Source of the DNA: a virus
DNA length: 20,518 bases
Strand: one strand, 5' to 3'
UHGV virus genome: UHGV-1338495
The number at the start of each line of letters is the position of its first letter. Positions within the stretch are counted from its first letter, which is position 1. Positions 1 to 8,738 of the stretch are shown piece after piece. Made by a program: the position numbers and the translations under genes. Below the pieces are notes generated by a model that made no database searches, was not told where the DNA came from, and was given only the letters and a program-made list of their open reading frames with translations.

Positions 1-566
1 GCATTCGCCGCCCTGTTTACCGTTTCCCGTAAACCGACGTTATCGATAAAAGCCCCTTTATCCGGAATGTCTGCGCCGTTCTGCTCCCTGCGCAGGTAAC
101 GGTTATCACCTTCGCTTTTGCTGTAAACATCCAGATTATTACGGGCGGTTCCCTTATTCTCCAGGTCGGCGAGATTCTGATCCTTCGCCAGGGCATTAAC
201 GTCAGCGGGACCAAGACTGTTTTTTGTGGCAAGCGTCCCCAGACCAAGATAACCACGGGCCAGACGCTGGGCCTCCGCACCGGCATCAGCAATTTCTTTC
301 AGGTTATTTTTCCGGGAAAAGGCATTCGCAGCGATAATGGCTTTAATGGACAGCGTAAGCTGGTTTAACTGCGCCTTATCCGGCTGAATACTGGCTTCAG
401 CCAGAATATTCAGCAGTTCGGCCTGGAGAATATTCAGCCAGTCCTGACCAATCCAGCTGATACCTTTTTGTCCGTCACCTTCGGTAAACCAGGTGGTGGT
501 ATTACTCTGCGCCGGTGCCAGCGCAGGCATATTCGCCACGCCGGAATTATTATCAACATGAAACAT
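1..566 (-). CDS. Tail fiber protein, N-terminal part (start codon in window; 3' end lies beyond the left edge)
   Basis: ATG at 566-564 overlaps the TAA stop of the upstream gene (TAATG). The frame stays open to position 1, which is why it is absent from the ORF track. My translation begins MFHVDNNSGVANMPALAPAQSNTTTWFTEGDGQKGISWIGQDWLNILQAELLNILAEA..., which I recognise as the conserved N-terminal region of Mu S / P2 H type tail fibers. It follows the baseplate genes as in Mu. Confidence 0.65.
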   Translation of the reverse strand, partial: MFHVDNNSGVANMPALAPAQSNTTTWFTEGDGQKGISWIGQDWLNILQAELLNILAEASIQPDKAQLNQLTLSIKAIIAANAFSRKNNLKEIADAGAEAQRLARGYLGLGTLATKNSLGPADVNALAKDQNLADLENKGTARNNLDVYSKSEGDNRYLRREQNGADIPDKGAFIDNVGLRETVNRAAN

Positions 567-1126
567 TAAATAGTCTCCTCTTCATGGCTGTTTGCATAAA
601 CGTAAATAAACGTCTGCCATGCAGGCTTATAACGGTTCAGAATACATTCCAGCGCACCGCCTTCATAAATACGCAGCGGCGTGAGAATATCATCCAGCAC
701 ATTCATATTCCGGTAGCCGGTTTCACTGTTAATCGTGACAATACTGACCCACTGCGAATCCGGTGAGGGCTGAATGTCAATCTGATAACCAAACTCCGCC
801 GCAAACCGGATATAAAATTCACGGTTCAGCGAGGGCTTCATCCGGTATTTATTTCCGGCATAACGCTGTCGCTCCGTGAGGGTGGCTCCGGCCATATCAC
901 ACTCGGGAAGCCAGAGATAACGCTCCCAGTCTTCCAGCAGCAGGCGCGACGTGTCAGGGAAACGCTCGGCAAGCAGCTGTTTACCCGTCCAGGATACACG
1001 CGCTGTCGAATGACTGAGGCCCAGACATAATGATGCCAGTACGGATGACGGACGCTTGTCCCATGCCAGCCCGTCAGGCAGTAACTGCAACAGGGCGCGC
1101 TGATGCGGGGTCAGGGTTACAGCCAT
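566..1126 (-). CDS. Baseplate/tail protein, Mu gp48-like (DUF2313-type)
   Basis: 186-aa track ORF immediately downstream of the J-like baseplate gene, with start overlapping that gene's 3' end. Size, position and sequence character fit the Mu gp48 / P2 gpI class. Call is by synteny and motif memory only. Confidence 0.6.
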   Translation of the reverse strand: MAVTLTPHQRALLQLLPDGLAWDKRPSSVLASLCLGLSHSTARVSWTGKQLLAERFPDTSRLLLEDWERYLWLPECDMAGATLTERQRYAGNKYRMKPSLNREFYIRFAAEFGYQIDIQPSPDSQWVSIVTINSETGYRNMNVLDDILTPLRIYEGGALECILNRYKPAWQTFIYVYANSHEEETI

Positions 1127-2199
1127 GTGATTTCTCCTACCGTCAGCAGCTCACTGTCTCCCGCCTGAACTGACGTCAGCGGACTGCGCACTTCAAAATC
1201 CTCCAGATTTTTCACCCCTGCCACCGCCCGCCAGAAAGACGACGGCAGAACCAGACCGCCGGGCCGGGATTCGTTATACAACAGGTCGGTCAGCGCCTGT
1301 TTTACGGCCGCCTGATTCTCCGGTGTTTTCGGGATGATCCTGATGCTGAAGGGCACCGGCTTATTGGTCAGTTTAAACACGGTCACCGTCGGCCCCAGAG
1401 GCTGTCCGACAGGCTGGCCGGTCGCCGGATCATCATGACTGCGGATATAATCCGCCACCCGCTGAACATCACCGTCACCGGGGAAAATGTCCGGGTTATT
1501 ATCCTGAACAAACGTTACCCCCACGCTGCCCGCCTGCGGCCATTCCGGGCGGCACCATGCCCGCGTCACGCCCGGCACTTCACGCGCCCAGCGTTCAAAA
1601 TCATACTGCGTGCCGCCGGACGGTGGATTCTGCACCCGGAAAACCAGACGGGAAAGCAGCTCCGGCACGGTTTCCACATCCGCACCACCGGTGATCCCCG
1701 TTCCGGTCACCGTGGCCGTCTGGTTGATCCCCGCCTGCGGTGTGATAAATGTCAGTTTTGTCCCTGCCGGGGCATTCCCCGCACGACCGGCACTTTCGGC
1801 TTCCACACTGACATTCAGCGTACCGGCCTTACCGGTCAGGGAGGTGGTGATACGGTAAACCACGCCATCACTTCGCTGGAGAAGCACACCTTCCTTGATC
1901 CCCGCATCCGTGGTCAGCATCAGCTGAACCGGCCCGTCCCCCCGAGAGGCAGGCTTACGCATGACGCCCCAGAATGCACAGTGTTTCAGCAGTTCGGCTT
2001 CATCGGCTTCGGTCGGGATGATCTGACGCGCAATCCAGGCCAGATGCTCATGCTCCTGAGCAGATAACCCTGCCTGAGCGTAAGCAATGGCATTCAGGGT
2101 GGTTTCATTCACACCCGGCTGCGAGCCGGGCAGGCGCTGGCTGATATCCTGCTGTGTCTGCGTGATTAACTGTGCCAGCGGTAAAGGCTGATAAGGCAT
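1117..2199 (-). CDS. Baseplate J-like protein (Mu gp47-like)
   Basis: 360-aa ORF. Its ATG overlaps the upstream stop (TAATG at 2197-2201). Size and position after the spike/gp46 genes match baseplate wedge protein J. Confidence 0.7.
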   Translation of the reverse strand: MPYQPLPLAQLITQTQQDISQRLPGSQPGVNETTLNAIAYAQAGLSAQEHEHLAWIARQIIPTEADEAELLKHCAFWGVMRKPASRGDGPVQLMLTTDAGIKEGVLLQRSDGVVYRITTSLTGKAGTLNVSVEAESAGRAGNAPAGTKLTFITPQAGINQTATVTGTGITGGADVETVPELLSRLVFRVQNPPSGGTQYDFERWAREVPGVTRAWCRPEWPQAGSVGVTFVQDNNPDIFPGDGDVQRVADYIRSHDDPATGQPVGQPLGPTVTVFKLTNKPVPFSIRIIPKTPENQAAVKQALTDLLYNESRPGGLVLPSSFWRAVAGVKNLEDFEVRSPLTSVQAGDSELLTVGEITWL

Positions 2200-2636
2200 T
2201 ACTCCCCCTTAAGATCAGCATAAAAAATCATGGGCCTCACTGAACCATCAGGCAGGGTTATGCGCACCGAAAGCGCCAGCCGCGCGTGTCCCACACGTTC
2301 TGCATGACAGACCACGGATGACGCCACGCCATCCTGACTGAGCCAGCCCAGCGCCTCATCCGCGTAAGCACGGGCACGGCTTATCACCGAGGCCAGCGTT
2401 TTTTCCCGGCTGAGAAGCCACAGACGGGAGCCAATGGGGCGCGGGCGAAAACTGTCTCCCCACCATCCCCGGCGGTCGCGCGTACCGTCAGGGATTTCAT
2501 CCGATGCCAGCGCCCGGCGGTCAGTAAACAGCGAAATCAGAACGGCCGTCAGCAGACTGTCATCCGTCAGCAGGTCGGCACCGTTCAGTTGCAGCGAACC
2601 GCATCCCTGATCCCACACAATTGCAATATCAGCCAT
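2199..2636 (-). CDS. Baseplate protein, Mu gp46-like
   Basis: The track ORF runs 2199-2780, but I place the start at the internal ATG 2636-2634, which is preceded by AGGAG about 9 nt upstream and gives about 145 aa (MADIAIVWDQGCGSL...). This start overlaps the stop of the spike gene by 8 nt, a typical arrangement. Confidence 0.55.
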   Translation of the reverse strand: MADIAIVWDQGCGSLQLNGADLLTDDSLLTAVLISLFTDRRALASDEIPDGTRDRRGWWGDSFRPRPIGSRLWLLSREKTLASVISRARAYADEALGWLSQDGVASSVVCHAERVGHARLALSVRITLPDGSVRPMIFYADLKGE

Positions 2637-3243
2637 TCTCCGGCACTCCTGTCTTACTGCCTTCGCCGTTATCATGATGCACATGGCCGGAATACCGTAT
2701 CCCTGCAATAACGGCATCCGACATTGTGAACAGTCCCTGAGATTTCCCCGTACCCTCAAGCGCGAAATTACCCTTAACATGCAGGTTCTTATCCACCGTC
2801 ACATTGCCCGTAAAGGTGGCTTCCGGCGTATCCACCCGCATCCCCTCGTCGGCGTAAATCTCCAGCATTTTGCATGTCACAATAATGCGGCCATCCTTTG
2901 TTAACCGTATCCGGTGCCCCTCATGGTGATACACCCCCGTATCTCCGGCTGTGAGTCCGGTCGGGCGGCTGCGCCGGTCTTCCACCACAAGCACCACAGT
3001 CTGATCCCGCTGTCCGCCCAGACAGGCAAAAAAGGTTTCCGCACCCGGCAGGGGAACGCTGATCTGCCCGTACTGCTGGGGACGCTCCACATCATCAAAG
3101 GTTTCGCCGTCCATGCCGGTGAGCTGCACATTCTGCATTTTCAGTTCGTCATGTGTGCCGGTCAGAACGCCCCGGCCAAACAACAGGCGAATACCGCGCG
3201 TTACCGGGGCAATCAGGCGGCTGAACACTTCATCATTCATCAA
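2629..3243 (-). CDS. Baseplate assembly protein V / central spike (Mu gp45-like)
   Basis: 204-aa ORF between the hub (gpD-like) gene and the gp46-like gene. The C-terminus is Gly/His-rich (…SGHVHHDNGEGSKTG), consistent with a spike-tip domain. Confidence 0.65.
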   Translation of the reverse strand: MMNDEVFSRLIAPVTRGIRLLFGRGVLTGTHDELKMQNVQLTGMDGETFDDVERPQQYGQISVPLPGAETFFACLGGQRDQTVVLVVEDRRSRPTGLTAGDTGVYHHEGHRIRLTKDGRIIVTCKMLEIYADEGMRVDTPEATFTGNVTVDKNLHVKGNFALEGTGKSQGLFTMSDAVIAGIRYSGHVHHDNGEGSKTGVPENG

Positions 3244-4357
3244 AGCTGATCCCCTGTTTTTTCATCTGCTGGCGAATAAAGGCATCAACATCGTCACCGG
3301 AACCACCCCGGCCCTTACTGTCCGGCTCTGCCGGAACGATAAAGCCGTCACGCGGTGCCAGTACCAGCCGGGTGACTTCCCCGTTATGCTCATCAAGTAA
3401 AAACTCCACCTGACAGACCAGCAGTTCAGTCTGTTCTATACCGAAACGCAGGGCTGAAACACCGGTCAGCAGATTGACATCCCATAACCGGCCATCATCC
3501 CGGAACCAGCCACGCACGGTGGCAGAAAACCGTTCTGAACGGGCAATCGCACGGCGCATTTCACGCAGGGCACGCTGCCGTGCACCGGTGATGTCTGTCT
3601 GTTGATCGGCGAGGATGATTTTCGGCCGGTAGCGGCCGATCTGCTCATCACTGATGACGCCCACAGGTGCTGCCAGACGGGCGGCGGATTCGCTGTCTCC
3701 CCGTTTGCCACCACCGCGCCCGTGTCCCCGGACACGGTATTCGCTGTATCGTCCTCGCCAGTCCGTGTTGTAATCGGCATCAAGCAGGTTATCTCCCAGC
3801 ACCAGTCTGTCCGTCTGCTGGCTTCCTGCCTGGGTGAACACCAGATCGCCGTCAGCATTACTGGTCACCAGCACCCCGCGATGCCGGGCAGCACGGGTCA
3901 GCGCATCCGCCACGGTTTCTGAGTTTTCCAGCGTAAAAGAGCTGAAGGGGCGTGCAGCCGTGTCGTCGTTAACCTGCCAGCGCACGGCTATCCCGAAGGG
4001 CGCACATAAATCTGCGGCAATCTGTGCCAGCGTCCGGTTGCGCCACTGGCTGCCGGGATGGATGGCGGCACAGTCCACCAGGTCGCCGGTTTTATCCCGA
4101 CCGCTGATGCTGATCTGATGACGGGTTGCACTGATCCGCTGACTGACCTGATCCAGCCAGCCACTGATGACCGTCTGCCCGTTAATTCTGAGCGTCAGGG
4201 ACTGACCGGTCCGCAGGGCTGAGGGGATGCGCTCACCGGGCAGCATCAGCCCCAGTTCAAACGACCCGGCCAGATGCTCCAGCGAGCGACGGACGCTGAC
4301 CGTCAGCCAGCCGGAAAAAATACTGCCGCCGATATACAGTTCAATCCTGCTGCTCAC
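3233..4357 (-). CDS. Tail/baseplate hub protein, late-control gene D family (Mu P-like)
   Basis: 374-aa ORF starting MSSRIELYIGGSIFSGWLTVSVRRS..., following the DNA circulation gene as in Mu and P2. Confidence 0.7.
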   Translation of the reverse strand: MSSRIELYIGGSIFSGWLTVSVRRSLEHLAGSFELGLMLPGERIPSALRTGQSLTLRINGQTVISGWLDQVSQRISATRHQISISGRDKTGDLVDCAAIHPGSQWRNRTLAQIAADLCAPFGIAVRWQVNDDTAARPFSSFTLENSETVADALTRAARHRGVLVTSNADGDLVFTQAGSQQTDRLVLGDNLLDADYNTDWRGRYSEYRVRGHGRGGGKRGDSESAARLAAPVGVISDEQIGRYRPKIILADQQTDITGARQRALREMRRAIARSERFSATVRGWFRDDGRLWDVNLLTGVSALRFGIEQTELLVCQVEFLLDEHNGEVTRLVLAPRDGFIVPAEPDSKGRGGSGDDVDAFIRQQMKKQGISFDE

Positions 4358-5699
4358 TGATCACCTCCACGCGGCGGCCACCCGGAACAAAAACCGGATC
4401 GGGGATATTGTTTCTGCGGACAAAATACTGCCAGCGGCGGCTGTTACCGGTGGCACGGTACAGCGTGACCAGTGCCGGTTCGGTGGTTCGCACCATGACC
4501 TGAAAAGCACCGGGAAGATGCACGCTCCGCGTGGTTAAATCTTCTGTCAGCGCAAGCCCTGCATCACGTAATGCAAGGGCGGTGCCGGTATGGCCCTGTG
4601 CGGACAGATCCAGCACCTGTTGTTCCATGGCATCGCTCAAATCCCGGTTGATACGCTGCACATCAGCAGAACTTTCCAGCCAGGCCAGTCCGCCCGCACG
4701 GTCAGTATCCTGAACGTGCGTCGTATTCTGCCGGATGACCTGATCCAGCAGTTTTCCGACCGTCTGCGCCTGCGACACCAGGGCTGCACTCTGCATGACG
4801 CTCCGCAGCAGACGGATATTGTTCTGTGCCGCAGGCGTCAGACCAATCAGGCGCTGCGGATCATCCTGTTCGCTGAGGGTGTAACGCAGGGAAGAAAGTG
4901 TGCGGTACAGCTGCGGCATGGCCTGCTCTGTCGTGCTGTCACGGTTTGTGGTCAGGCTGCCGGACGGCGTTCCGGCTTTTCCGGTCAGCGACAGGGAAGG
5001 ATCGCCGGGCAGCCCCGCCAGCACGGCAAACATTCCGGCCAGCGATTCAGCCATGCGACGGGGCGCATTAATCAGGGCGGCGGCATTCCCTTTCAGGGCA
5101 GTAAAACTGGCCGTAAAGGCACTGATATCCTGCACAATCCCCATCCCTGAAACGGCATTCTCCAGCGCATCAATTTTATCGCTGATGGTGTCGGTCATGG
5201 CCTGTACATCATGCAGACCGTCTGAAATCACCGTCCAGCCGTCTGAAAGTGTGTTAAACAGCTGATTCATTGCTGAGCCGCTTTTCTGCTCCAGCGCAGC
5301 TGCCGTATCTTCTGCCACCGAAGGGGCGGTATCGTCACTGGCGGGGATCACGTTGATCGTGAACTCAACCGTTCCCTGCTCGCTGGCGTTATAACGGCTT
5401 TCAAAGCTGTTTATCAGCACGTTTAACGTGCCGTAATCCGGGTGCATCAGTTCACCGGCACCGGGTGCACGCAGCGCATCACGCAGGCGGCTTCGCTGTG
5501 TCTGAAGATCGTCTCCGGTCACTAGAACCGTGAATGTGAACTCCGGGAGTTTTGGCCCCAGATCATCCGCACCGCCGCTTTCACGCAGTGGGTATTCACG
5601 GCGCACAATGTTACGTCCGCCCCGTTCCCGCTGCTCCTGATAAACCAGGAACGGTACGCCACGAAAGGAGCCACGCCCCGGCGTGTCAGTAGAGGCCAT
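4341..5699 (-). CDS. DNA circulation protein (Mu N-like)
   Basis: 452-aa ORF directly downstream of and overlapping the tape measure gene. The N-terminus (…SFRGVPFLV…) matches my memory of the DNA circulation N-terminal domain. Confidence 0.65.
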   Translation of the reverse strand: MASTDTPGRGSFRGVPFLVYQEQRERGGRNIVRREYPLRESGGADDLGPKLPEFTFTVLVTGDDLQTQRSRLRDALRAPGAGELMHPDYGTLNVLINSFESRYNASEQGTVEFTINVIPASDDTAPSVAEDTAAALEQKSGSAMNQLFNTLSDGWTVISDGLHDVQAMTDTISDKIDALENAVSGMGIVQDISAFTASFTALKGNAAALINAPRRMAESLAGMFAVLAGLPGDPSLSLTGKAGTPSGSLTTNRDSTTEQAMPQLYRTLSSLRYTLSEQDDPQRLIGLTPAAQNNIRLLRSVMQSAALVSQAQTVGKLLDQVIRQNTTHVQDTDRAGGLAWLESSADVQRINRDLSDAMEQQVLDLSAQGHTGTALALRDAGLALTEDLTTRSVHLPGAFQVMVRTTEPALVTLYRATGNSRRWQYFVRRNNIPDPVFVPGGRRVEVISEQQD

Positions 5700-7743
5700 A
5701 GTTCCCTCCGTTCCAGACGTTCACATCCAGGCCATGCTGTGCGGTATCATCCACATCAATACTGCGCGCCCGCCAGCCTTCAGGGGCCACAAGCTCCACC
5801 CGTGCGGCGGTTTTCGCGGTGGCCTGTCCGCCGTTTTCGTCACTGCTGCCACGCAGTTTCTGCCAGGCCTGCGTCAGCCAGCCCCCCAGATAATCACCGA
5901 GATAGCTGCCCACCGTGGAACCAATGGCAACCCCGACCGGACCGGCAGCCGCCCCCAGCGCGCCACCGGCGATACTTCCGGCAAGAGAACCCACGGCACC
6001 GGCTTTATCGGCTGCACTGGCGCTGCTGTCCAGCAGTACAGGAGCCGCCATGGCACCGGCCCACAGGGCACCACCACCCAGCCGACCGGCACCACGGAAC
6101 AGCCCGGCAAAACGCCCCAGCCCCATGCGGTTTCCGGCCGCCGTTAGCAGACCACCGGCACGGCTCATCATACGACCGAAGAAGCCCTGTTTACCGGCAC
6201 TCTCCGCCAGTTGCTCACCGGCAGTCACGACGGTCGTGACACCCCGTCCACGTCCGGGGCCGCGTTTTTTACGGCCGCGCACGGTTTTGCCGTCACCGCT
6301 GACCACCACATCCCCGCCACCTGAGGCCAGGCCACCCGCAGGCCAGTTGGTGACCAGCACGGGCTGAACGGCAGCCGGATTTACCCCGGTAAGGAAATTC
6401 AGGAACCGGCCAGCGCGTCCGGGCTGCGTTCCCGGTACAGTGGTCTGCGGTTTGCGGAAGGGCGACGTCAGCACGGAGGTCATCGCCATGCCATAGCGTA
6501 AGGGGGTTGCGCCGAGACGTAATGCCCCCGTCCCTGCAAACCTGAGCACCTTCAGCGCACGGGAGGCGAGATACATATACATCAGGTACTTTGCGGCGGT
6601 CTGCGCACCCTGACCAATACGATCCAGCGCATCGCCATAACCGGCGTCGCGCAGTGCCTGAAGCGTTTCCCTGACTTTCTGAATGGCCCGGTAAAAGCCG
6701 GTCGCAGCATCTCTGGCATACTCAAATCCCTGATTCAGTGCTGAGGCCGTCTGTGTGGCCAGCTTATCCTGTAAGCCGCTTTTCTGTGCCGCATCGGCAT
6801 AATCCAGAAAGCCTTTCAGGCTCTTTTTCAGGCTGTCAAACGGTCCCTTCGCCATCACGTCACGGGCAAACTGATCCCAGACGTCACCCATCATGGACGT
6901 CATTCCCGTCCATGAGTTCATGGCGTTTTTCTGGGCACCTTTTGCCTGTTCGGCCATCACCTGAAATAACAGGCGAATGCTGTCCGGTCCCAGTTTTCCT
7001 TTCTCGCCTTTCTCACGGATGATCTTCTGGTTTACACCCAGCTTATCGGCCAGTAACTGGTAAACGTTAATCCCGTATCCGGTCAGAATATTGGCGTCCG
7101 CTGCCTGGATACTCTGGCGGGCAAACATCTGTTTGAGTTGCAGGGACGCACCCTGTGCCTCTGACAGTGACCAGCCGTGATAGCCGCCCTGATCCTGAAG
7201 CATGGTAATAAAGCGACGGGCTTCCCTGTCACTCATGCCAAACCCGCGACTGGAGGCGTATTCCTGCATAACCCCCGCCAGCCCCCAGGTGGTGTCTTTG
7301 GCGTTCTGTACCGCCCAGGCTTTCACTGCTTCCGTTTTTGCCTTATCGCCATGATTAATGGCGTTGAGACGCAGAATATAGTTCTCCATCTCTGCGGCCG
7401 GGCGGATAAAGGCTTTATTAAAACCGTAGACCGCAGCCCCTCCCGCCAGCATCCCGTAAAGGTTGCTTATCCGCCCGATGGTGCCGGTAATGCTGCCCTG
7501 CAGGCGGTCAAAATCTGACGTTACCGTGCGGATACTGCCACGAACACCGGCAAGCGTTCGCTGCATACGGGAGCCAACAAGCTCTGTTTCCTGACCGGCC
7601 CGGCGTGCTGCATTTCCAAGACCACCCAGCCCCGTCCTGCCGGAACGGGAGAATGCCCCCAGCTCCTGTGACCACTGGCGGGATTTGGCGGAAATATTGC
7701 CGAGTAAATCGACAATCAGGGAGGCTTTCAGGTTTTTTGCCAT
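5686..7743 (-). CDS. Tail tape measure protein
   Basis: 685-aa ORF, the largest in the window. It has a long predicted helical middle section and a Gly/Ala-rich hydrophobic C-terminal third, and sits between the chaperone and baseplate genes. Confidence 0.8.
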   Translation of the reverse strand: MAKNLKASLIVDLLGNISAKSRQWSQELGAFSRSGRTGLGGLGNAARRAGQETELVGSRMQRTLAGVRGSIRTVTSDFDRLQGSITGTIGRISNLYGMLAGGAAVYGFNKAFIRPAAEMENYILRLNAINHGDKAKTEAVKAWAVQNAKDTTWGLAGVMQEYASSRGFGMSDREARRFITMLQDQGGYHGWSLSEAQGASLQLKQMFARQSIQAADANILTGYGINVYQLLADKLGVNQKIIREKGEKGKLGPDSIRLLFQVMAEQAKGAQKNAMNSWTGMTSMMGDVWDQFARDVMAKGPFDSLKKSLKGFLDYADAAQKSGLQDKLATQTASALNQGFEYARDAATGFYRAIQKVRETLQALRDAGYGDALDRIGQGAQTAAKYLMYMYLASRALKVLRFAGTGALRLGATPLRYGMAMTSVLTSPFRKPQTTVPGTQPGRAGRFLNFLTGVNPAAVQPVLVTNWPAGGLASGGGDVVVSGDGKTVRGRKKRGPGRGRGVTTVVTAGEQLAESAGKQGFFGRMMSRAGGLLTAAGNRMGLGRFAGLFRGAGRLGGGALWAGAMAAPVLLDSSASAADKAGAVGSLAGSIAGGALGAAAGPVGVAIGSTVGSYLGDYLGGWLTQAWQKLRGSSDENGGQATAKTAARVELVAPEGWRARSIDVDDTAQHGLDVNVWNGGNYGLY

Positions 7744-7746
7744 GGG

Positions 7747-7941
7747 TTACTGCTTCGTTCTGAGAATTTTTTCGGTCTGTCGGCAGTGCCGGTAAAGCTG
7801 CGATAAGGGGAGGTTAAGCGCCCACTCCGGGCCGCTTTTTGTCACCATCCCCAGCACAATTGCGGCTTCTTCAATCTGATCCCGGCACTGCATCTGGTCG
7901 CCCCCGTTCAGCGACCAGCTTTCCTGCCATCGCGGAATCAA
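7747..7941 (-). CDS. Overlapping +1-frame ORF at the 3' end of the tail assembly chaperone gene (candidate frameshift extension, or a separate small gene)
   Basis: This frame is open from about 7950 to the TAA at 7749-7747 and ends 3 nt before the tape measure ATG. It overlaps the last ~70 nt of the chaperone ORF in the +1 frame. The track start is TTG, not ATG. Confidence 0.4.
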   Translation of the reverse strand: MIPRWQESWSLNGGDQMQCRDQIEEAAIVLGMVTKSGPEWALNLPLSQLYRHCRQTEKILRTKQ

Positions 7942-8350
7942 GCAGGCTTACCGCCGCCATCAGACGGGAGAGATCGCGCTCGCTGAGCTGTCCGATCTGA
8001 CGCGGAGACAATGGCCCCTCAATCTGGCCAACAGCGGCAATCTGACGGCGCAGCAGTGCAATGCCGCGCAGTGCCGGCGAGGCTATCAGAACCGGGCCGC
8101 CATTTCGGGTTTCCATAAGACGCTCGGCCTCGGTTTCCGCGTCAATGCTGTCTTTCGCCGTCAGTTCGCGGAAGGTGACGCGGTATTCACGGGATTCCCC
8201 GAACGGCAGACCGTCGAGCAGATCCACATAGCCGTTCGCCAGCTGTTCAGCCAGCCCGGCGGTGCGGGGATCGCCGTCTTCAAGTACATCCCGGATAGCC
8301 TCCATCACGGCCTCGTCAGAAACCGCCGTTTTTTTCTTACGTGTGGTCAT
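7871..8350 (-). CDS. Tail assembly chaperone candidate (Mu gp41 position)
   Basis: 159-aa acidic ORF between the tube and tape measure genes, the conserved position of the tail assembly chaperone in long-tailed phages. Call is by position. Confidence 0.5.
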   Translation of the reverse strand: MTTRKKKTAVSDEAVMEAIRDVLEDGDPRTAGLAEQLANGYVDLLDGLPFGESREYRVTFRELTAKDSIDAETEAERLMETRNGGPVLIASPALRGIALLRRQIAAVGQIEGPLSPRQIGQLSERDLSRLMAAVSLLDSAMAGKLVAERGRPDAVPGSD

Positions 8351-8364
8351 TGCATTTTTCCTGA

Positions 8365-8730
8365 TTACTGGACACGGGTACTGGTGGCGCTGGCGAACTT
8401 CGCGGAGATATCACCGCCACCGTCAAGCGAGGCCGGTTCACTGCTCCAGGCCTTCGTCATCATATGGACTTCACCGGTATCGGCCACGAACTCAATCGTG
8501 ACCGCAGTCCAGGTGTTGATTTCATCGGCAGCCGGTGAACCTTCTCCGCCAGCCGGAAATTTACAGTCCAGCGTCGCCTCACGGGGTTTCTCACGATAGC
8601 CATAGACTTTCGCGCCTTTCACCACTTCACGCTCAAAGCCGGACGGGGAGAACGTGGCTCCCTCAAGGGTGGCGTACTCCTGTCCGTTCACACGGATGGT
8701 GGCCGTGCCCTGATGCTGTTTTCCGCTCAT
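8365..8730 (-). CDS. Tail tube protein (Mu M-like)
   Basis: 121-aa ORF 8 nt downstream of the sheath gene; sheath-tube adjacency is conserved in contractile-tail phages. Confidence 0.7.
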   Translation of the reverse strand: MSGKQHQGTATIRVNGQEYATLEGATFSPSGFEREVVKGAKVYGYREKPREATLDCKFPAGGEGSPAADEINTWTAVTIEFVADTGEVHMMTKAWSSEPASLDGGGDISAKFASATSTRVQ

Positions 8731-8738
8731 GCCTTACC

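Noticed and set aside
2637-2780. Upstream extension of the gp46-like ORF (track start at 2780)
   Set aside because: The extension would overlap about 150 nt of the spike gene in another frame. The internal ATG at 2636 has an AGGAG and gives the usual short overlap with the upstream stop.
5739-6367. Long plus-strand ORFs (166 and 150 aa, Pro/Ala/Arg-rich) antisense to the tape measure gene
   Set aside because: They lie entirely within a well-supported minus-strand gene, have low-complexity composition typical of the antisense strand of GC-rich coding DNA, and have no ribosome-binding site. I treat them as spurious.
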